NCBI GenBank assembly: GCA_002245135.1
Contig: NGBS01000021.1
Location: 123,746 to 143,745, forward strand
Length of the DNA: 20,000 bases
Direction: 5' to 3'
Source: Proteromonas lacertae
Taxonomy: Eukaryota
The notes beneath the pieces are model-generated. The model was not told the DNA's origin. It saw nothing but the letters and a program-made list of their open reading frames with translations, and did no database searches. Shown here piece after piece: positions 9,172 to 18,907 of this stretch. Positions within the stretch are counted from its first letter, which is position 1. Each line of letters begins with the position of its first letter. Made by a program: the position numbers and the translations under genes.

Positions 9172-12100
9172 ATGTCTCAATTCAATAGAGAGTTTACTAT
9201 TAATTTTTATAATCAATACATTGGCACAAAACTGAGATCAGATAATGATAACAAAGGTGTAGTGGTAGATTCATTTTATCGATCTCCTGAAGGAATGATG
9301 TTTGAAGCAGAAGCTAGTAAAATACTAAAGCCTGGAGATAAAATATTGACTATTGCTGGAATAGATGTCACCGAAGCTCCACTAGAAAAGGCTTTAGGAA
9401 TATTAACACAATCAGGTCGTCCAATACCAATCAAATTTCGCAAATCCCAACTCAAATTCCAACCTCCAATTCCCTATGAAGAAGTAATTGCAGATCAAAA
9501 TAAAACCTCCAGATTCATTCAATATGTCAATAGAATTGGTTTAATGGATGCCTTAACAAAACTATTATTTCTAGAAGAAGTAAGACAATTCCGTCAAATA
9601 GATGAAGAATCAAGACCAATGGAATGTGCAAGAATTATCAATAAATTCTTAACAAACGATGCAGAGCAAGATGTAGGTGTAGTAAATGCCTTCAGAATTG
9701 AAGGATCAGTAGTGTTAGATTTTGAAGAAGAGATATACAAAGCTGCTGAAAAAGTGAATGAAGATTTAAAAAACAATGTGTTTGATTCATTTTGCCTAAG
9801 TCCAGAATACAAAGAAATGAGATTATCAGTGGATACTGTCCTTAGTGATAGACATTATTTAAACTTTTTATTAGCATATTACCTTGAAACTGATAATCCA
9901 AATGATATTAGTCTATATATATGTATAGAGTATGATTTAATGAAGAAATATCATGAAAATAAGATAAATGAATGTTGGGAAGAAGGTTATTTGTTATTTA
10001 AAAAGTTCTTAGATGATGATGCTAGTTTCAAAGTATCAATTGTATCAAAAAGTATGAAAGAAGAATTGAATAGATTGTTTGATAAAGATTGGAGAAAAAA
10101 GATAGAATTACCTCAACATTTACCATCATTAATAGATCAATATAAAGCGATAAAGAATACTATCAAATATAATATTCAAACAGATTTATATATGCCATTT
10201 ACTGATAGTATTTTCTTTGAAAGATTATGTAAAGAATTGGGTATAAATGTTTTAAGTTTTTATTTTAGGTGTTCCAACCAATGCAAATTTAGAAGAAGAA
10301 GAAAATGAAAGAGCCAAACTTCGTGAAGAGAGAGAAAAAGAGAAAGAAAAAGAAAGAAGTTCAGTGGATAAAACAGAATTAACAGTCGATTCATTAAAAG
10401 AAACAATGAGTGATAATGATCCAGGTAAAATATTGTTAGATATATTATCACATAATTTATCACAAGATAGAGAAAGTATAATATCATATTATATATATTT
10501 ATATATATATTTAAATAGATGAAGAAATATCCGATAATCCTACTCCAAAATCAGATCATTCCGTTCCAATCACTCCATCCTCCACACAGAAGAAGAATTC
10601 TGATAATATCACACTTCATCAGCTATTAGAAGTTACTGATTTAGGTCCACAATTCAGTTTACATTATAAAGGTAAAGATATAACAATCAGAGGTGATAGA
10701 GGTAGTAATGGATTAATAGAATACAAAATTGGTCAAGTTACATTCTTCAAGACAATAGCAGATGAAGAAGCCAATATGGAGATACAAACTATTATTAATT
10801 TACACAGTAGTGATAATGATAGAATGCCACCTCATATTGAATCATTTTATTGTTTAGATGGTCAATATATATCCAATAAACCCATTGATCCTATAATATA
10901 TGATTTTATGATAGGTGGTGGTGAAGGTAGTAGATGGAGTAGTGTTTGTTTGAAGGTATATAATCAGGAGGATATATGTTGTTTGGCCAGTAATAGCAAT
11001 ACACCAAAAGAGAAAAATAATAATAATGATGATAATAATAATGATAAAGAAGAAATAGAAGAAGAAGAAGAACCACCTAAATGTATATAATATAATATAA
11101 TATTCACTTTATTATTATTTAGCTTCTATGCAAAGAAGACCTTCTACAATTGCCTATAAATATGTTGCTCAAGGAATCTGCATTCTCTCTGAAGGACCTT
11201 GTTATGAATCAATGAGAAAGGAATTAGTAAATTTCTATGAGAATAATAAAGATGCAATAGTAAAAGCATCGTCTGATGAAGAAAGAAAGAAAATATTTGG
11301 CCAATTGATAGGTAAAACTGTGACATGTAATTTACCTTATTTACCAAATGGTGGTCCACAATTGAGAAGCGGTTTAGAACCTTTATTTTCATGTTTAACA
11401 ATTGATCAAATTATTGAATTATATACTTCTGTTTTATTGGAACAAAGAATTGTTTTGGTTTGTACACAATATTCATTGATGACTGAAGTAGCTGAAGCTA
11501 TTAGATGCTTAATGTATAATATTGTTATATGTATTTAATGTATTATTTAGATATCCGTTAGAATGGTGTCATATTTTCGCACCAGTTATTCCTGTCTCAA
11601 TGATTGGATCATTAGATTGTCCTGCTCCATATATTATTGGAATTGCACCAACATTTGTGTATATTTAATTAATTTACTTATTTTTTTCTTGAATAGTAAG
11701 AATGAAATATATTACAGAATGGAAGTAGATACTTATAATTTAGATAATCAAGAAATAAATATATTTTCTTCACCAGAACAACCATCTAGACCAAAATTAC
11801 CACCAACCATTTTACGTCAATTACGTGGTAAATTACGTAATTGTGTAAATCCATCTTATATGAGTTCTGATTCATTGATTCCTTTACAAATACAATGGGG
11901 TGATGCATTCCCTACTAATGAATATATCCTTTTATTATTAATTCATAGTTATTTTTAATTTCTTCGAATTTTACTGTTAAATGCATTCTATGAAGTTACA
12001 ACTACATTATTAGGCAATCCTTATTTATATTCACTTGTAATGAAGGATAAAAAAGAAACAGCATATTTATTTGATGAATCTTGCTTTTTGAATAGATTTG

Positions 12101-12189
12101 GTGAAGATAGTGTTGAATTTATGAGAATATTATTACATACTCAAGCCTTTTCTCAATATTTAACCACTACTTTATCTTCTACAAAATAA
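9172..12189 (+). CDS. PDZ + tandem RGS + DENN (putative Rab GEF) protein, ~926 aa, 7 exons
   Basis: N-terminal PDZ (LKPGDKILTIAG...RPIPIKFR) and two RGS-like repeats (LFLEEVRQF...IINKFL...FCLSPEY; LLFKKFLDDDA...FTDSIFF). DENN motifs VLLEQRIVLV, LIYPLEWCHIFAPVIP...CPAPYIIGI and dDENN HTQAFSQY. Introns: 10241-10268, 10476-10518, 11083-11122, 11514-11550, 11659-11696, 11924-11974 (U12). Confidence 0.85.
11924..11974 (+). other. U12-type intron, AT-AC (51 nt); alternative in-frame AT-AA end at 11968 (45 nt)
   Basis: Perfect 5' ATATCCTT at 11924 and branch-like TTTTTAAT at 11952-11959. An in-frame TAA (11956-11958) must be removed, and no short GT-AG pair does so. Confidence 0.8.
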
Positions 12190-12340
12190 TTATACTTCTC
12201 TTTAGTATTTTAGTAGTTATGTTTTTGTTTTTTGGGGGGTGAATTTAAATCAAAAAAACAATCATGGATAAGTAAAAATATATTACCCAATACACAATTA
12301 CAAAATCCAGATTCTATTCTTTTTATTTAGTTAATCAAAT

Positions 12341-12760
12341 TTATGCTTCAGTAATTTTAACAGTCTTTTGGTTAATTTCTTTTCCAACGGCAAGTTTTAC
12401 AATAGTGTATACCTATTAAATATCAATATCAATAATTAATACTTTTTCTTCAGCTTCTTCATCATCATTCTTCTTTCTTTGGATGAGGAGACGGATTCTG
12501 TTTGGTGGATTCTTAATACCTTTGTGCCATAAGTTTTTGTTTAAATCAGTGTCAATACGTACATCTGATGTTCCTGTTACCTTACTGGCATATTCTCTGA
12601 TGGCTTTAATAGCACGTGGAGCTCTAGTCTTAAATGATCTACGATTAATTATATTAAACGTTTAAATAATATACAATCCGAATAATCTCTTGTGTAAATT
12701 AAGAGTACATTCAAGAGTGAGTGGAACAGTACGGTCCTTCTTTTCTCTTTGGGCTGGCAT
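12341..12760 (-). CDS. RPL31: 60S ribosomal protein eL31, 117 aa, 3 exons
   Basis: Not in the ORF track on this strand. Reads MPAQREKKDRTVPLTLECTLNLHKRLFGL|SFKTRAPRAIKAIREYA...DVRIDTDLNKNLWHKGIKNPPNRIRL... Introns 12639-12674 and 12413-12442; spliced CDS 354 nt. Confidence 0.97.
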
Positions 12761-12836
12761 TCTAAATAAAAAAAGAATAGAAAATGCAGTAAAATTTCTA
12801 TTTAACTAGTATTGATTTTGCCAGTTGTAATCATTA

Positions 12837-12881
12837 CCCCCTTTATTTTTTCGTAACCCCCAAACAAATTATAAATTCCCC
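12837..12881. promoter_or_regulatory. Three phased C-runs in the divergent RPL31/RBBP6 promoter
   Basis: CCCCC at 12837-12841, CCCCC at 12857-12861 and CCCC at 12878-12881, inside a 170-nt AT-rich head-to-head intergenic region. Confidence 0.45.
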
Positions 12882-12930
12882 ATATTATTTTTTCTTTTAT
12901 TTCACAGCAAATATTGCTTATTTATTTATA

Positions 12931-15202
12931 ATGATAATTAAATATAGATCTCAAGGTGCCACTGCATTTAAATCACTTAATTTTGAGTCTCAAAGTGTGG
13001 AACTATGGGATATAATACAAAGAATTGTTAAAGAGAATAAAATGGATCAAACACTTTTTGAATTCGAACTTATAATGTATGACGGTAGAAGCGGCACAGA
13101 AATATCTGATTATCACAAAATATTTACTACAGAAGTAGAACTAGAATATAAAATGTCAAAACCACGTGCAGGCATGAGTAGTTATCAGGCAATAGTGAAG
13201 AATCCAAATTTACTGAAAGTGAAAGTGTATTTTTATTTTTTTTAATATTTATAGAAGTGCAATGGAACTACCAAAACAAAAAGTAGAAACAGAAGAAGAA
13301 AAAATACAAAACACAATAAATGGGATGTACCAACCGTATATATTTTATATAGTAATTATTAATTTTATTCTCAATAGGCAATCCAATAAAATAGAAGCAT
13401 TATTCAATCCGAACAAAATGAAAGTAAGAACAATCCCTCCAGTAAATGCAATACCGCCCAAAAGTTATATTTGTAAGAAATGTAAAAAACCAGGCCATTA
13501 TGTATATCGTTGTCCCTACGGATCAGAATCGTTAGAAGCACAAATTTCACATGTTAAATTTGTTGGAATTCCATTAAAGAACTTGACAATAATTGAAGAT
13601 CCTTCTTCTGTTACTGCTGAATTAAGTATGAAAATAATTGTTAAAACAATCTGTGATATATCTAATTTTGATTACTTTAATATACAATATTGTGTTGCCA
13701 CTATACTAAACATGATTTTGCTTATTCTTCTAATTACTTATATATATCCTCTTTTCAACATATTTTACTAATATACTAAATTAGGACGTCATATTGGTCA
13801 ATTACCAGATGGTAGATATGCTATACAAAAAAGCAAAATTGAAGATTTTGAAAAAGACATTACTAACACTGCTGCAATTACGCAAACTACTAATATTGAC
13901 ATGGTATTAATATAAAAATAACTTTACTTTTAAATAGTTAAAAGTTCCTGATGAATTAAAATGTTGTATTTGTAAAAAACTATTAAGAGAAGCTGTAAGA
14001 ACATTTTGCTGTGGAAAATTAGTATGTGATGAATGTGCAAGACAAGATATAGTAAATCAGTATAAATGAATACATATATATATATATTAAATAATAGCAA
14101 TGGGAAGTGTAGTTTATGTCATAATTTAGGAAATAATGAACAATTAATCGGCGATAATCAAGTAAGAAAGAAAGTAAATGAATATATCAAAACAGAGATG
14201 AGTAAAATCAATGAAGAGGAGAAGAAGAATGGTGTTAAGTTATTTGAGAATGAAGATGAAATACCAATGGGTGAAAGAGTAGAAGGAGGTGTGGATAATA
14301 TTATACCATTGAATAAAACTAACAACAATAGCAACAATAAAATAGAAAATAATAATGAAGATGATGAAGAAGATGATGTTACTAAAGAAATTAATGAAAT
14401 TATTTCAAATGATAATCCTACAGAAACAACACAAACAAAAACAACAACAACAACAGCTGAAGGAAAGAAGACAATAAGTTTAGATGATTTAATATTCAAT
14501 AAAAAAACAGTTTGTGCATATTGCAATAGCCAAAATCACAGTATAGAAGATTGTCCAATTAGACAGAAAGAAAAGAATAATAAACAAAATGATATATCGA
14601 TGAGAAATTCAATTCCATTTTTATTAGCACCACCTCCTCAATCTCCACATGGTAAATATGATAGAAGCAGTAGTAATAGAAGAAGAGATAAATCAAGAAG
14701 TAGATCAAGACATTCCTCCCATCATAGCCATTATCACAGCCATTCAAGAACTAATGATGATAAGAAGAAAGAAGAAGAAAGACATCATCATCATAATCAT
14801 AGACATGAATATGTAGATAATAAAGAGAAAAATAAAAAAGAAGAAAATAAGAATAAAGATAAAGAAAAGGAGAGAGAAAAGGTCAAAGAAATAGAAAAAG
14901 ATAAGGATAAAGATGGTCATAGAGATAGTTATAAACGGAAACATGAAGATGATGTTGATGATGTTAGCAATCTTCACCACAATCATAAGAGAAGAGATAG
15001 TAAAGATAGTTATAGTAAAAGGCATAGTATTAGAGATGATAATGAGAATAAAGATGCTGGTAAAGATAAATTGAAGGAATATATTAGTAAAAGGTGATGT
15101 AAATAAAAGTAGTGATTCTAAAGTATAGTATTTATATTTTAATTTGAATAGAAACCGCCTATTTCTACCAAGATGTTAAGAGAATTAAGAAAGAGTAAAT
15201 AA
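12931..15202 (+). CDS. RBBP6: RBBP6/Mpe1-like cleavage-polyadenylation factor (DWNN ubiquitin-like domain, zinc knuckle, RING, RS/His-rich tail)
   Basis: DWNN-like N-terminus (IKYRS...LNFE), PPKSYICKKCKKPGHYVYRCP, GIP...QLPDGRYA, RING VPDELKCCICKKLLREAVRTFCCGKLVCDEC...CSLC, and a second knuckle CAYCNSQNHSIEDCP. Introns: 13227-13254, 13336-13377, 13626-13784, 13904-13937, 14060-14097. The C-terminus is ambiguous: TGA at 15097 as written, or TAA at 15202 after a 1-nt correction plus intron 15123-15151. Confidence 0.88.
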
Positions 15203-15235
15203 ATATAAAATTTAATAGTCTATTAAACATTTTGT

Positions 15236-15243
15236 TGTTTGTT
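15236..15243 (+). promoter_or_regulatory. TGTTTGTT putative 3'-end processing motif after RBBP6
   Basis: Exact octamer inside a G/T-rich tract, 33 nt after TAA 15202. Confidence 0.6.
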
Positions 15244-15351
15244 GGTTTGATTAGAATTCTCAGTATTCACAATTCAGTTTTTTTTAAATTTTTGGGATAA
15301 TTATTGAAATATATTCGTTGTTTTTACAGTAAAGTTTTTTGATTTTTCTTT

Positions 15352-18300
15352 ATGTCTGAATATGCTACAACAAAAAAACCACTGTCAGAAGCTCGATGTG
15401 ATGATACAACATATGTATAACCTTTTTATATATCCATTAGATGTCTTCAGTTACAGATTTTGAAACAGATTTTATAGATAAGTGTTATAGATTGTACAAT
15501 ACAGAAAGTTACTTCTGTATATCGACAATAAAACACAAAAGAAGTCTTGCAGAAGTTTCATCAAAAGAAAGAACAAGAGAAGTAAATATTATATAATTAT
15601 TAATATTAGCATCTTCAGCAATGGTTTTATCCTGTTATAAATGCATTATATAATTTACATGAGAATGGGCTTTGTCACACTAGTGTGAAAGCTACAAACA
15701 TATTTGAGAGTGAAAATGGTTATATTCTATCTGATGTAGGTAAATATTACTTTTATAGCAACAAAAATCTAGAAGAAAAAGGATTTAAAATACCAGAAGA
15801 AATGATAGAAAGAAAAGTGTTTGTTTTGAATATAAGAAAGATAATGAGATGTTGGGAGAATTATTAGAAGAATATATTATTTATAGTGAAATAGAAAATA
15901 AAGAAGATTATAATGGAATAATGAAAGAGTTAAAAGAGAGTAAAAATGATTTAGATTTATTGAATTTATTACATAAATATCAATCAATATTTCCAAAACC
16001 ATCAATCACTGTAGAAACAATCTTAAGAAGAGAATTTTACAAATTGGGTTATTTCGAATATCCTGTGATAGATAATATATCAATATCAAAATATCTCGAA
16101 ATCATAAAAAGTGATATAGATGAAAAAGTAAAATACTATTTGAGTGTTTGTTTATTAAATTCAATCTCAATGAGTATATTTGTTTATTTATTTAATGTTA
16201 TTAGATGAAGAAAGAAGAATCAAAATAAGTGATGAGGAATTTGTTGAATTAAAAGAAATATTCTATGAAGAGATTAAGAGAAACAATAAGGATGGATTAA
16301 AAGAATTATCAACTCCAATAAACAGAGAAATATTTGAAGAAGTATTTAAAGATAGAAATACAGAAGAAATCAATTTAAAGAAAAGTATATTTTCTCTTAT
16401 TGTTATAGAAATTCCAACCCTTTCAAAATATGAATGGGTTCTATTTTCGATAATATTAAGTTGTTTTGAAAATGTAAAAGTATTGAATTTGGGAAAAAAT
16501 AATATAAAAATAATGAATACCAAACATATAATTCAAGGAATTCGACACTATAGTTATTTAAAGGAATTATCACTGAATAGTATATTATTTATATTATTGT
16601 TGTTATTAAAAAGGTATGTTGTTTATATACACCTCACTAAAGATTTTGTCTAATATAGTAAAAGAAAATCAAAATTTGGAGAATTTGGATATGAGAGGTA
16701 GTAGAAATTATTACATCAACTTCTTTCCAATAAAGAAATGGAATGATGGAATTAAAATGGTTTTAGAAAATTGTCCAAATTTGACATATCTTAATATGAA
16801 ATGTATAATAATCAATATATTCTTTATTTAGATAATTTTTTATCACATTTAGATGAATCATTAGGTATTTTAGATGGAATAAAAAGAATGATGAAATTGA
16901 AGAAAATAAATTTAAGAGGTAGTTTTATATATGTAATATTTAAATAGGAAATTATTTTGGTGTTCCAGATGAATATGATTGTAGGAAAATGTATGATGAA
17001 GGCATAGAGAAAAATGGGAATATATTGAGTAAAAATGATCTTAACAATCGAAATATTATCATAAATACAGGAAAATATGTAAGTGGATTGATAGAAAGAT
17101 TATTTAACTTAAGAATTCTCAAATTGAAATGTATTTATTATCTTTTATAATAATTAAATAGCTTGTACAATAACAGATAATATAATGATAGAAATATGTA
17201 AATCGTTGAATCAGTTATCTCAATTAGAAGAATTGAATTTAGAAGATAATAAATTAACTGAAAAATCAATGTATGAATTAGGAGAATGCATTTATGAAAT
17301 GAGAGAATTGAGAGTATTGAATATTAGCAGTATTTTTTTAAATTATCAGTATTTTAATAGATAATAGAATAAATGATAATGGAATATGTATTCTTTTCCA
17401 AAATTTCGAAAATGAAATAATCTCACTAAAATTAAATGAAATAATTATAAACAAAAATAAGATTCATTGTGAAGGGTTTTATCATTTTTTATTTTTTATT
17501 AGAAAACACAAATCAATAACCAAATTATCTGTTAATTTGCAAAGTGATTTAGATAAAAACAATGAAATAGATATTGCTCTATTTAAAGAATCAATGAATT
17601 ATCTGAAACAACTAAATAATATAGAAGAATTAACAATTTCAAGTATATCAAATAATCATTTGTATTGTAGACACCCGAATGGGTGATTCAGGAATCAAGA
17701 TATTTTCTAATGTAATGAAATATTTACCAAAACTAAAATCACTTGATATTTTTTGTATATTCATAGTTGTATGTATATTATAGATACAATGATAAAATCA
17801 GATGGTTTATGTGAATTGATAAATGAGATAAGCAATAACTGTAAGAATATAGAATCGTTGTTAATAGAAGGGAATAAAATCTGTAATGAATTAGTTATAG
17901 AATTTAATAGGTTTCTTTTATCAAATTTACAACTAAAGAAACTCAGTCTATCATGTATTGATTAATGTTTTTATATCTTTCATTATTAGGGAATAAATTA
18001 GATAAAATCCATAGTTATGCTTTAGCAGAAGCATTTAAAAAATCTTTCAAATCTTGAAGAATTCTCAGTAGATAATATAAAATATTCTCAAAATGTTCTG
18101 AAAACACTGTTTATATATTTGAAACAGAATAAAAAGATGAAAAAAACTAACAATTGAATGTATATTATTATTTTTTATTTATTGATATTGAATAGATTGT
18201 GATTTTGATAAAAGTATGATTTTAGAGTGTGTTGAATCATTGAAACAATTTAATGATTTAAAAGAACTTACTCTTGTAGGTTGTAATATTAGATCAAAAT

Positions 18301-18907
18301 TGATGCTTTATTTAAAAGATGGATTGAAAATCTTTACAAATTAGAAATGTTAGATTTATCATGTATAAAATATTATTAATAAATTCTATTGTTTAGATAA
18401 TCACATAAATTCTGATGGAATTAATTATTTATGTGATTGTTTTGATTCACTTCAAAATCTCCTAAAACTGAAAATAGAGTACAACTTATTTGGATTTACT
18501 GGAATAAATACACTTACTAAAAATATTGGGAAATTATTAATTTTGAGCATGTTATATATATCAGATAATAATTTTGGTGAAGAAGGGTTATTAGAAAATA
18601 CTTGATGTTTGTGAAATTGATCATAGAAAGGCAATTCAATATTTTAATAAATACTTAAGTAGTAATTGTGTTGAAAGAAATCTTGATAAAATTGTATATT
18701 TAATAAAAGGGAGAAGATAGAGGAAGAAAAACCTGGTATTATTTAGAAATGGATAAGTGTGATAAAAAAAAATTTATTGCTGCAGCATATAGTGTTAATC
18801 TAAATTTAGATGATTATGGAACGGTGATATATTCTGATTATGGAGAGAATCCTCCTCAAGATATCAAAGATAAAATCCATCAATATTATGCATATATAGT
18901 TGATTAA
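15352..18907 (+). CDS. Pseudokinase + RI-type leucine-rich-repeat protein with a small uncharacterised C-terminal domain (several 1-nt indels: assembly errors or pseudogene)
   Basis: ATG at 15352. Kinase C-lobe remnant NALYNLHENGLCHTSVKATNIF...LSDVG...IPEE...DNEMLG, then many 28-aa LRRs (e.g. LSQLEELNLEDNKL). Introns: 15415-15440, 15582-15609, 16174-16204, 16580-16613, 16803-16831, 16919-16947, 17131-17161, 17330-17360, 17643-17670, 17755-17783, 17955-17989, 18160-18195, 18363-18396. Frame breaks near 15820, 18040, 18143, 18340, 18596 and 18710. Confidence 0.75.

Noticed and set aside
13744..13784. Separate U12 AT-AG intron starting ATATCCTC in RBBP6
   Set aside because: It would be out of frame with the next exon and lacks a clear U12 branch. 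The GT-AG intron 13626-13784 gives the correct protein.
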